DNA of 64,000 nt, from positions 64,001-128,000 of the IMG/VR virus record IMGVR_UViG_3300020057_000001. One strand, given 5' to 3'. Each line of letters begins with the position of its first letter. Positions within the stretch are counted from its first letter, which is position 1. The notes beneath the pieces are model-generated. The model was not told the DNA's origin and did no database searches. It worked only from the letters and a program-made list of their open reading frames with translations. The stretch is from a virus. A program made the position numbers and the translations under genes. Below are positions 46,471 through 54,975 of this stretch, in pieces.

Positions 46471-46753
46471 GCTTGCACACTTCGGAATCCGGAAGGCGGT
46501 GGATCATTCTTACCTCCAGCAATGAAGCCAACTCCCTCCTGAAGGCATTTCCTCTCTGAAGCCTACTTTTAGCCCTCCTGTGATGCCCTAGACCTCTGAC
46601 CCTTGTCAGTGTAGCCATTGAGCTTTAGAACGTCACCTTGAGGCTGAAAACAACTTTCCCCTGTAGCCCTGTGCCCATGTAGCCAAAAGTAGCACCATTG
46701 CAAAACTAGAACATCCAAGGTAAAATCATGTAGCAACTCATGAAGGATTTGAA

Positions 46754-47590
46754 ATGATTAATAAAACTAGCATTTCTGATGTGAATACTACCCCTGGACT
46801 GACTGGAATTGGGAACCTACTGGGTAAAAGCCCTGTAGCCTCCTTCAATCTCGACGGCATAGAAAATCTTATCAACACCAAAGGGTTTTTGGGGTTTCAT
46901 ATCAAATCGGCGATAAATCCCGACAGAAACACGGTCACTGCTGGCTTAAATCCTAACGATAACGGCTACTCACGTATTTTCTACTCTGTTCATCCTGTAC
47001 GTCTGGTGCCAACAAACATGAGCCTGACGGATACCCTTACGCGTGTCGGGTTAGCGATTCAAGGCAGTTCTGTACTCAACCTTTCTGGATCCTACTTAGA
47101 CAACCCAAACGCAAGAGTTCACGCAAAAACCGGCGACCTTATTGTAATGAACCCGAGTTTCACCGAGGTCTACGATCAGATCGTCGACTACGACGGAGAA
47201 GCGGTACTAAAACTTCACTACCCTGCCCGTGAGGTGGACTACCTAGCGTCCTCGAAACAAGCCTTCGAGTTTGGCGTAGACTTCCTACTTACCCCGGACG
47301 GCTCAATTCAGTGGCTGAGAGGTGCACTCAGTCCTTCCAAGGGGGACGTGCTTAGCATCGTGTACACAGCCTCACCCATCTACGTAGTAAACCGCGTAGA
47401 GCATAGTTTGCGAATTCTGCCTAGTAACACCACGGGCAACGGTAGTAGCCCAAGACAAGCGCGCTACGCGCCTCAACTGCTTTTAGCCAATCTCTCAAAC
47501 GTTCGATCCGAGGGACCTTCCTTTGACCCATTCTCACTTCCTGTCGTCCAAGACTGGCAAAAATATTTACTCGCTCACGAAAAATACTAA
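46754..47590 (+). CDS. Virion structural protein (neck/head-closure-like)
   Basis: First gene of the plus-strand block. FEFGVDFLLTPDGSIQW..SIVY..PIYVV pattern seen in myovirus neck proteins. Confidence 0.45.
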   Translation: MINKTSISDVNTTPGLTGIGNLLGKSPVASFNLDGIENLINTKGFLGFHIKSAINPDRNTVTAGLNPNDNGYSRIFYSVHPVRLVPTNMSLTDTLTRVGLAIQGSSVLNLSGSYLDNPNARVHAKTGDLIVMNPSFTEVYDQIVDYDGEAVLKLHYPAREVDYLASSKQAFEFGVDFLLTPDGSIQWLRGALSPSKGDVLSIVYTASPIYVVNRVEHSLRILPSNTTGNGSSPRQARYAPQLLLANLSNVRSEGPSFDPFSLPVVQDWQKYLLAHEKY

Positions 47591-47603
47591 AGGAACCAGC
47601 AGC

Positions 47604-48452
47604 ATGCAAGACTTAGACAAAAAGAACGACCCTCTCAATGCGGAACAACCACCGAAAGACGTGAAGAAGCTCGTAGCGGCATTCCAAACTGTATTTGAAC
47701 ACCAAAACGGGCGCATGCCTGACGAAGGCGAAGTAGGTGAATTTCTACAAGCTGCTGGCCTAGAGGAAGAAGTAGACAAGAGTGAAGGCGATGAACCCGA
47801 TGTGCTACATACCCAGGTCATTGAAAGTAAGAACGGTGACCCTTTGTTTTACCTTCTACCAAACGACCGCTGCTTTGACGTAGAGCAAGGCGCGTGGCTT
47901 TCCAATGTTCCCAGTTTTGTCGCAGAGCTTCAAGCAAGACCTATGAACCGAGAAGATTTAGTTCCTATGATCATTCATGGTCTTGTAGACCCTCAAAGTT
48001 TCGCGGCGCTTAAGGAAAGAAAGCTCGTGAGCAATGTAGTAGTTCGGTTGTACGACCAAATGAACCAGCAGCAAGAGTTAGTTAAATCGGTTGATTCGGT
48101 TGATTCTGACGAAGGTTACGACTTGTTCAATGACGGTGATTTTGACGACAGCGACTTGAACGAATTCGGCACAAACGAAAGCAATGGCGTCGAATTTGCG
48201 CCGTTGGTTGAAGCTCAGGTTGGTCCCAACCAAGTCGACGAGCTGTTTCGCCTAGCTCAAATCTACACGCTCGATAAGCGTCTTGAGGAAGCGATTCGCA
48301 AAATAGTACGCGACGAAATTGGCGTAACGTCAGTTGAGCCACTTGAGCAATCGTTGGACCTCGCAGCGGCAGACCGCATGCATCAAGCCGATGCAGCGGC
48401 TAATGAAACCAGTAACGCTGGGGTCGTCCCTGGTAACTACTCACCGGTGTAA
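47604..48452 (+). CDS. Acidic hypothetical protein with xxKS motifs
   Basis: ATG 47604 after AAAGGA; contains VDKSE and LVKSV. Confidence 0.6.
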   Translation: MQDLDKKNDPLNAEQPPKDVKKLVAAFQTVFEHQNGRMPDEGEVGEFLQAAGLEEEVDKSEGDEPDVLHTQVIESKNGDPLFYLLPNDRCFDVEQGAWLSNVPSFVAELQARPMNREDLVPMIIHGLVDPQSFAALKERKLVSNVVVRLYDQMNQQQELVKSVDSVDSDEGYDLFNDGDFDDSDLNEFGTNESNGVEFAPLVEAQVGPNQVDELFRLAQIYTLDKRLEEAIRKIVRDEIGVTSVEPLEQSLDLAAADRMHQADAAANETSNAGVVPGNYSPV

Positions 48453-48454
48453 TC

Positions 48455-49228
48455 ATGGCAGACGAGAAGAGCCCTTTTGATGAAGCGCTCGAGTTCTTTG
48501 GTCGTGTGGCTAAAGGATTAGAGATCGGTATTATCAAAGCTATGACAGCTTCTCCTTTGCTTATAAAGCAAGAATTTGCATCGCAAGCAAAGCGCAAGCT
48601 CAACACATCCAGAGACACTTACCTAGCCGCCATAGATATCGACATTAAAGGTGGCGTTATTATAGTAGAACTTGACCCTAAAAACTGGTTGGCGCAGGCT
48701 GTAGAAGATGGTGCCAGTGCATTTGACCTTCATAAAATGCTACAGACGTCTCAAAAAGTGAGAATAAGCCGTGAAGGCTTTCGCTGGCTAACGATACCGA
48801 TGGAGAAAACAAAGAGCAGTACACTCAATCCCGGAACAAGTGTAGGGCAGCAACTTGACCAAAAGATTCGAAACGCCTTGAACGGTAAACCTCGCTGGAC
48901 AATCCCCTACACAAGCCAACGACCCGATGGCACAGTGACGTCAGCCGAAACTCTAATCACTAAAGACCCCGAGCTTATAGGGCTCTCAAGAATCCGTCGG
49001 TACTCTAGCCCTGAAGACCCACCGCGAGGGAAGCGCCCTATTTCAAGTCAATTTGTTTTGTTTCGTAGGATGTCTGAAAATCCTCGCAGTAAATCGTATG
49101 GCCGGTGGCAGCATCCTGGAATTACAGAAAGAAGTCTGTTTCCTGCTGTAGAGACTTGGGCGAACACGACGTTAATTAAGATTATTGAAAAAATTATGAC
49201 CAATTCGGTAGACAAGGAATTGAAATGA
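48455..49228 (+). CDS. Virion neck-type protein
   Basis: VEDGASAFDL...WLTIP...FRRMS...WQHPG motif set recurrent in large-myovirus neck proteins. Confidence 0.55.
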   Translation: MADEKSPFDEALEFFGRVAKGLEIGIIKAMTASPLLIKQEFASQAKRKLNTSRDTYLAAIDIDIKGGVIIVELDPKNWLAQAVEDGASAFDLHKMLQTSQKVRISREGFRWLTIPMEKTKSSTLNPGTSVGQQLDQKIRNALNGKPRWTIPYTSQRPDGTVTSAETLITKDPELIGLSRIRRYSSPEDPPRGKRPISSQFVLFRRMSENPRSKSYGRWQHPGITERSLFPAVETWANTTLIKIIEKIMTNSVDKELK

Positions 49229-50160
49229 GTTTTTACGCACCACATATTTCGTTAGCCGCTGTTCTTAAGGATAAGGTAGCTAATCTCGAAAACTACGCAC
49301 CCGACCTGTTCTTAGTCTTCGAAGAATTTATTTGCATTCCCGATTCCGCCGCCCTTGTGGGCGGCTACAAGTACGTCAAGCAAATCATGGAGTCGCTCGT
49401 AGGCCCTAACAAGAAACCCATTGATGTGCAGCTCTACAACACCCCGACACCGCCCGGAAACTATGCCTTGTTTGTTGAGTTCCTTGGAAGCTCGGGCGAG
49501 GAGCAATTCTTAGGTGAGCACGCAGGCTACTCCTACACGCCTAACGTCACGAAGAAGATCTTTACTTCTTTTACACCACGCAATCTGCTTGCTTCCTGCC
49601 CAAAGACATTGATATTAAACCCTGCGGAAATTAATGAATGTGCTCTTTGGCCTCTTCAAGAAGCTGCGGTTTCAACATCAGCTGACTGCGAAGAAACATT
49701 TATTCTAAAGTCGGTTATTCTTTTAAACGGGCTTTTAAATCTTGAGTTTGACCGCGCAATCGACAAAAGTTTATTAGGCCGAAGTTGGGTTACTAGGGCT
49801 CCGTCGTTCGGCACGGTTAACGCTTACTCTGGTACCATCGACGATGTGCGCTTGCGGGTTATTCTTAGAACCGTAGGCGAAATCGAAATACACTTACTCA
49901 TGGCTATGTTGACACGTTGGCTTATTAAGCTAGCACGTACCGATTTGAGGTTTACAGCCGACAATCTTCAAGCGTCTCGGGTCACGCAAGGCGCTCCTTC
50001 GTTAGAGTCCGAAAGCCCAGATGTCTTTGTGACCGCCTTTGACTTTTCCTGCCGTTCAGGCGATACTTGGATCTCAAACCGTACTCCAACATCTAGTCAT
50101 ATGGGTCTGGCTGTTGGAGCCGAGAGTACCGACGAAAGCGAGACCATCCTATATGTCTAA
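49225..50160 (+). CDS. Virion structural protein (tail-completion-like)
   Basis: ATGA-coupled to the neck gene; call is from context only. Confidence 0.4.
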   Translation: MSFYAPHISLAAVLKDKVANLENYAPDLFLVFEEFICIPDSAALVGGYKYVKQIMESLVGPNKKPIDVQLYNTPTPPGNYALFVEFLGSSGEEQFLGEHAGYSYTPNVTKKIFTSFTPRNLLASCPKTLILNPAEINECALWPLQEAAVSTSADCEETFILKSVILLNGLLNLEFDRAIDKSLLGRSWVTRAPSFGTVNAYSGTIDDVRLRVILRTVGEIEIHLLMAMLTRWLIKLARTDLRFTADNLQASRVTQGAPSLESESPDVFVTAFDFSCRSGDTWISNRTPTSSHMGLAVGAESTDESETILYV

Positions 50161-50494
50161 GAAACCGCAATCAAAAACAAGTGCGCCAAAAAAGCCACAC
50201 GTTACCGAAGAAGTTTCCGAGCTTCTACCGACCACCGACAACACTGATACAAAGACGGAAGAAATTCCTCAAGTCGTAGAAGTGCTCGCCGATACCCCCG
50301 AAAGAACAATGCACTCTGAGCACGGTGCCCTTTACGAGCTGGACGAAGCTGCGCAAACTTTGATTGCACATTTCAACCCGAGTTGGTTACCGAGCATTCG
50401 CGCTTATGCCAAGTCTCATGGGCTTTCTCCACAGTGCCCTCTCGCTCTGTGGTCGTGGTTATTTAAATCTTGGGGTGCCGTTCTTAAAACTTAA
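50153..50494 (+). CDS. Hypothetical protein
   Basis: ATG 50153 overlaps the end of the upstream gene. Confidence 0.55.
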   Translation: MSKKPQSKTSAPKKPHVTEEVSELLPTTDNTDTKTEEIPQVVEVLADTPERTMHSEHGALYELDEAAQTLIAHFNPSWLPSIRAYAKSHGLSPQCPLALWSWLFKSWGAVLKT

Positions 50495-50512
50495 TTTTTT
50501 GAGAGGATTTTT

Positions 50513-51040
50513 GTGAAACTCGCATTTGGTTCGAAGGCCCGCAGTGGAAAAGACACCGCAGCCGAGTATCTGACCTCTCTATACGGAGGTACAAGCTTTA
50601 AGTTCGCCTCCGCCATCTACGACATCTCCCGTTATGCCTACACGCGTGCAGGTCTACCCTTTGAAAAAAACGCTAAGCTGCTTCAGTTTTTAGGGACAGA
50701 CTTTGGGAGGTCGATCGATAAAGACATTTGGGTGAAGTCTTGCCTAGCCGACATTCAGCGGTTCGAGGACGTTAATTCTGTAGAGAACATTTTTGTTACA
50801 GACTGTCGCTTCGAGAACGAAGCTGACGCATTAAAACAAAGCGGTTTTGTCCTTGTACAGATTGACCGATCTGCCGACCTTCGTGGTGATATTGGTCGCG
50901 ACCCTAACCACCCCTCCGAGATTGCATTAGACCATTATACTCGGTGGGATTACACGATCGGCAACAACGGGACGCTCGAAGAATTTCATAATAAAATTCA
51001 CACCTTATATTTACAGCTTCTCGACTCTTCCCCGCAGTAA
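50513..51040 (+). CDS. Deoxynucleoside monophosphate kinase
   Basis: ARSGKDTAA P-loop, LLQFLGTD.GR, TDCRFENE, HPSE, NNGTLEE. Confidence 0.92.
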   Translation: MKLAFGSKARSGKDTAAEYLTSLYGGTSFKFASAIYDISRYAYTRAGLPFEKNAKLLQFLGTDFGRSIDKDIWVKSCLADIQRFEDVNSVENIFVTDCRFENEADALKQSGFVLVQIDRSADLRGDIGRDPNHPSEIALDHYTRWDYTIGNNGTLEEFHNKIHTLYLQLLDSSPQ

Positions 51041-51064
51041 AATGGAATTTCCACTTCTCTAAAC

Positions 51065-52930
51065 ATGTCCACCGAGGTTGTCGCTGTGTCCTTTCCAAAT
51101 CTTCTTGCCGAGATTGCTTTTTACCGTACTTACTCCGCAGTCAAGCCTAATGGCTATAAAGAATCCTGGGACGATGTCGTCCTTAGATATCAGAATTGCC
51201 TGATCAAACGCTATTCACACCTAGAGCAAGATATTAAGGACGCTTGCGAATTTGTTAAACTGTCCAAGATTCTTCCCTCGATGCGAATGCTCCAGTTTGC
51301 CGGAACTGGGATTGAGCGAGAAAATGCTAGGGCTTTTAACTGCTCAGCTACCAACATTACTAGTTTTCGTACTATTGCTGAGAACATGTACGTTCTACTC
51401 TGCGGCGCGGGTAATGGATTTAGCGTCCAACAAGAACACATTTCGCACTTACCCGTTATTTCTGAAGGCTACGCCCAAACTTTTGTTATCACGGACGACA
51501 AAGCAGGCTGGTGTGACTCTGTTATTGCTCTTCTTGAGAACCCTCAAGTCACGTTCAATTACGACCTCGTGCGCCCCTCAGGAGCACGAATTAGCACTGG
51601 AGGTACCGCAAGCGGTCCTGAGCCCTTGCGCACTGCGCATGAGGCGGTACGAGCGATTCTTCAAAACGCCACAAACCGGCAGCTCTTTGATATAGAAGTA
51701 GCAGACGTAGAGTGCTTGTTCAGCGACGCTGTAATCGTCGGTGGCGTGCGCCGTAGCGCCCGCATCTGTATTTTCGATAACGAATCTAAAGCAATGTGCG
51801 AATATAAATCCGGTACTTGGTGGCAAAACCACCCTTACAGGGCGCGCACTAACATTTCGGCAATGCTAAAACGAGACGAAGTAACCCAAGACCAGTTCAA
51901 CGAAGTCCTCGACGCTTGCTTTAATAGTATGTCTGGTGAACCCGGAGTTTTTTGGTCAAACAACAAATCAATGATCACCAATCCGTGTGTCGAGATTGCG
52001 TTAAACAACAAACAGTTTTGCAATCTTACGACCGTCAACATAGCTTCCTGCAAAGATTCTTCAGACTTTTACGAGCGGGCTCTGAAGGCCACTTTCTTGG
52101 GGACCCTCCAAGCAGGATTTACCGATTTTGCGTACCTTTCCCCCGAATGGAAAGAAATTACAGACGCTGAGGCTCTCTTAGGCGTCAGTATGACAGGTAT
52201 CTGTGACAACTGGCCGCTTATCGTAAGTTTAGCAGAATCAGGGTTTATGAGTAAGACTGTAGCAGCTATGCGGGTAACTAACGCACGTGTAGCCGCACTA
52301 ATCGGTATCCGACCCGCAGCACGTATCACGTGTGTTAAACCCGAAGGTACCACCTCGTCGGTCTTAGGTACTTCAAGTGGAGCCAACGCAACATTTAGCC
52401 CCTATTTCATTCGAACTGTAAGAGTTGATAAAGCCAACCCCGTAGGTGCGCATTTAGCTCGTGTCCTTAGTGGGACCCCCTTTATCGAAGAAGACGTTAC
52501 AAAATCCTCGATGTGGGTTGTAAGCGTCCCGATGAAAAGTCCCGCCGTCATTACTGAACAGAATCAAAAAGCCTTAGACGCTCTTGAACGCGTCAAGCTG
52601 CTTCACACCTTTTGGATACGCCCAGGTCATGTCTACGGGGACAATACGCATAACGTGTCTTGTACAATTAACTACAGGGACCACGAAAAAGAAGAGGTTA
52701 AAGCGTGGATGTGGGAGAACCGTGAGTCTTACGCAGGGATCGCACTCTTTCCTCTGTATGATTCAACGTACGCCCAAGCGCCGTATCAGTTGAGTACAGA
52801 AGACAAGTACAACGAGCTTATCAAGTGCTTGCCTCCGATAGACCTCGCCTCGGTGTTCTACGGACTAGACGCCGAAGACACTCGCAAAGAGATTCTGGCT
52901 TGCGCCGGTGGAAGTTGCGAAATCACCTAA
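51065..52930 (+). CDS. nrdJ: Class II (B12-dependent) ribonucleotide reductase
   Basis: FYRTYS, PSMR, FNC, GGVRRSA, TNPCVEI, CNLT, TCVKPEGT, C-terminal CAGGSCE. Confidence 0.93.
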   Translation: MSTEVVAVSFPNLLAEIAFYRTYSAVKPNGYKESWDDVVLRYQNCLIKRYSHLEQDIKDACEFVKLSKILPSMRMLQFAGTGIERENARAFNCSATNITSFRTIAENMYVLLCGAGNGFSVQQEHISHLPVISEGYAQTFVITDDKAGWCDSVIALLENPQVTFNYDLVRPSGARISTGGTASGPEPLRTAHEAVRAILQNATNRQLFDIEVADVECLFSDAVIVGGVRRSARICIFDNESKAMCEYKSGTWWQNHPYRARTNISAMLKRDEVTQDQFNEVLDACFNSMSGEPGVFWSNNKSMITNPCVEIALNNKQFCNLTTVNIASCKDSSDFYERALKATFLGTLQAGFTDFAYLSPEWKEITDAEALLGVSMTGICDNWPLIVSLAESGFMSKTVAAMRVTNARVAALIGIRPAARITCVKPEGTTSSVLGTSSGANATFSPYFIRTVRVDKANPVGAHLARVLSGTPFIEEDVTKSSMWVVSVPMKSPAVITEQNQKALDALERVKLLHTFWIRPGHVYGDNTHNVSCTINYRDHEKEEVKAWMWENRESYAGIALFPLYDSTYAQAPYQLSTEDKYNELIKCLPPIDLASVFYGLDAEDTRKEILACAGGSCEIT

Positions 52931-53024
52931 CCATTGCTTTTAACTCCAGAACGTGTAAAATGGCTATAGAGTTATCTAGAGTGATAATTTTAAAAACCGT
53001 AACATGTTAATATTGGAGACTTAA

Positions 53025-53522
53025 ATGTCAGGACAAATCGCATCATTGAGGTTGCTCGAACAACTAGTTGAGACTCAGCTCAAAAATTTCGGATTCAAGG
53101 CTCCTGTAGTCCTTGAAGCTAAACTCGTTGACGGAAAACCGTCACTATACGTCAACTACTCCGACGCCACCCTCAGCGCTACTGACGCAGCTGTTCAGAT
53201 TCGTCTAGTATTCGCTAACGCAGCTTTTGCTGACATTGCTCAACAGAGCATCAATGGTTCGGCTATTGTCGCTGGACCGGTTTCAGCTCTAGTTGTTGCT
53301 TTTGCCGCTGCTTCAGACGGTTCAACTCCACAGTTGGGCAAGCTAGTAATTCAAACAGTTCAAGCGCTTAACCGCAATAACATTCCGACAAGCCTCTGCC
53401 TTGCCGATCCCGCTGGCCCAGTACCTGCACTTAAAGGTCTCAACGGCGCTACTGCCGACGCAAACATTCCTGCGGCTTTGGGTATTTTCCAAGAAGCTCC
53501 TCTTTCTTCAACCGGTGGATAA
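53025..53522 (+). CDS. Probable virion structural protein
   Basis: GGAG RBS, Ala-rich, GTAAAAT box upstream. Confidence 0.5.
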   Translation: MSGQIASLRLLEQLVETQLKNFGFKAPVVLEAKLVDGKPSLYVNYSDATLSATDAAVQIRLVFANAAFADIAQQSINGSAIVAGPVSALVVAFAAASDGSTPQLGKLVIQTVQALNRNNIPTSLCLADPAGPVPALKGLNGATADANIPAALGIFQEAPLSSTGG

Positions 53523-53546
53523 CCCTAAAAGAAAGGAGCACACCAC

Positions 53547-54395
53547 ATGTCTAGATATACTACACACGCTAAGGCTATGGCTGACGCGCTGACTCCCGAA
53601 CAGGTTGTCGCCCAGCTTAACACCTTGGCTACACAACTAGAAACGCTACAGAAATCAACCCCGATGTACAAAGCCGACGAAGACCAAGCACCTCTGGACG
53701 GCGAAATGCCTCCGATGGAAGGCGAGCAACCCCCTATGGAAGGCGAGCAACCCCCTATGGACCCAATGGCTCCCGAAGGCGAGATGCCTCCTATGGACCC
53801 AATGGCTCCTGAAGGCGACCCCGCTTTAGACGCAGATCCAGACGCAGCTCCTGCTGAAGGCGCTGAACAAGAAGTAGAGCAAGCAATTGAAGGCGGCGAC
53901 GAAGCTGAACTTCGAGAAGTGTTCGGCGACATGGAAGGCGAAGAACTCAGCCAACTGGTTGAATTTCTTGTTAAACTCCAAGAAGAAAAGTCGGCGCAGG
54001 TTGACAAATCGTCGGCTGGTATGGACCCACTTGCTATGAGCGAGTGCTTTACGGATATGAAAAAGAGCCAAAACGCCTTGCAAGCTCAAGTGGCAGCTCT
54101 TACAAAGAGCATCACTACTTTGACTGCACAAGTCAAAAAGCCCGCTCCCCGCCCCGCAAGCCGCCCTGCCATGATGAACAGCGAATCACTCTCTAAGAGC
54201 GACCGCTTTCCTGAGATGCTGAAAAAGAGCGAAGTTGTTGAATTTCTTGGCACTCAGATTCGCCGAGCTGGTAAGCCAGACGCCGACCTTTTGAGCCTTT
54301 GGCAAGACGCTTCCGCTACTGGGGAAGACCCATCAGCTCTTCGTAGTCTCTACAGCCGTGCCGAACGCATTGGCGTAAAGATTCCCCACAAGTAA
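53547..54395 (+). CDS. Scaffold/head-core-like protein with an acidic Pro/Met repeat and many xxKS motifs
   Basis: AAGGAG RBS; coiled coils; repeats EGEQPPM and PPMDPMAPEG; LQKS, VDKS, MKKS, LTKS, LSKS, LKKS. Confidence 0.55.
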   Translation: MSRYTTHAKAMADALTPEQVVAQLNTLATQLETLQKSTPMYKADEDQAPLDGEMPPMEGEQPPMEGEQPPMDPMAPEGEMPPMDPMAPEGDPALDADPDAAPAEGAEQEVEQAIEGGDEAELREVFGDMEGEELSQLVEFLVKLQEEKSAQVDKSSAGMDPLAMSECFTDMKKSQNALQAQVAALTKSITTLTAQVKKPAPRPASRPAMMNSESLSKSDRFPEMLKKSEVVEFLGTQIRRAGKPDADLLSLWQDASATGEDPSALRSLYSRAERIGVKIPHK

Positions 54396-54420
54396 TCGCG
54401 CAGCCCAATCGCTTAAAATA

Positions 54421-54456
54421 GCCTTAGAGCCCTAGTTCTCTAAGGCTTTTTCTTTT
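54421..54456 (+). terminator. Intrinsic terminator
   Basis: GCCTTAGAG-N8-CTCTAAGGC followed by TTTTTCTTTT. Confidence 0.8.
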
Positions 54457-54465
54457 GGAGATCAT

Positions 54466-54654
54466 ATGAAACGAATCTGGACTTGTAGGCGAACGTTCCT
54501 CGCCGTCTTGGGAATAGCCTGCCTTACTTTTTTAGGTTACAGGATGGGTAGCACCGACGTGGCTCTAAGCATAGCTGGAATAGTAGCGTCAATTGCGGGT
54601 TCAAACGCTTTTGAGGCGGGTAAAAAGCAACTACCAAAGGCGGATGCTTCATGA
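54466..54654 (+). CDS. Small two-TM protein, holin-like
   Basis: GGAG RBS; two hydrophobic helices; RRTFL and GSNAFE motifs. Confidence 0.55.
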   Translation: MKRIWTCRRTFLAVLGIACLTFLGYRMGSTDVALSIAGIVASIAGSNAFEAGKKQLPKADAS

Positions 54655-54809
54655 ACCCACGTGACACCTCCTCTGTTTCTTTCACAAGCCAAGACCAATT
54701 GGCAGCCCTCTGTCGAAAAGCACAAAAGGGTGCTACGATAGGGAAATACATTGTGAGCGGGGTGGTGCTCTTAGCCCTTCTCGCTCTTCTGCTTCAAATC
54801 AACAACTAA
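54651..54809 (+). CDS. Small membrane protein (52 aa)
   Basis: Not in the track; ATGA-coupled; C-terminal TM YIVSGVVLLALLALLL. Confidence 0.5.
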   Translation: MNPRDTSSVSFTSQDQLAALCRKAQKGATIGKYIVSGVVLLALLALLLQINN

Positions 54810-54821
54810 AAGGATTTCACA

Positions 54822-54974
54822 ATGCTCGGCAAAAAGATCAAAGACAAAATGAATACATGTTGGGGTGGCTCTATGGAAAAAGCGGATGGCTGCGAGAAAG
54901 CGCCCAAGCTGGAAAAGTCCAAAGAAGAAAAAGCCCTCTTGCTAAAGTCTGTCGTTAAAAAATTAAAACTCTAA
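54822..54974 (+). CDS. Small Lys-rich protein with xxK(S/A) motifs (50 aa)
   Basis: Not in the track; AAGGA RBS; MEKA, LEKS, LLKS. Confidence 0.5.
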   Translation: MLGKKIKDKMNTCWGGSMEKADGCEKAPKLEKSKEEKALLLKSVVKKLKL

Positions 54975-54975
54975 G

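Noticed and set aside
46301-46618. 105-aa ORF across the origin-like region
   Set aside because: Runs through the poly-A tract and iterons; no RBS; composition not protein-like.
53525-54007. Ser-rich minus-strand ORF
   Set aside because: Shadow of the acidic repeat in 53547..54395.
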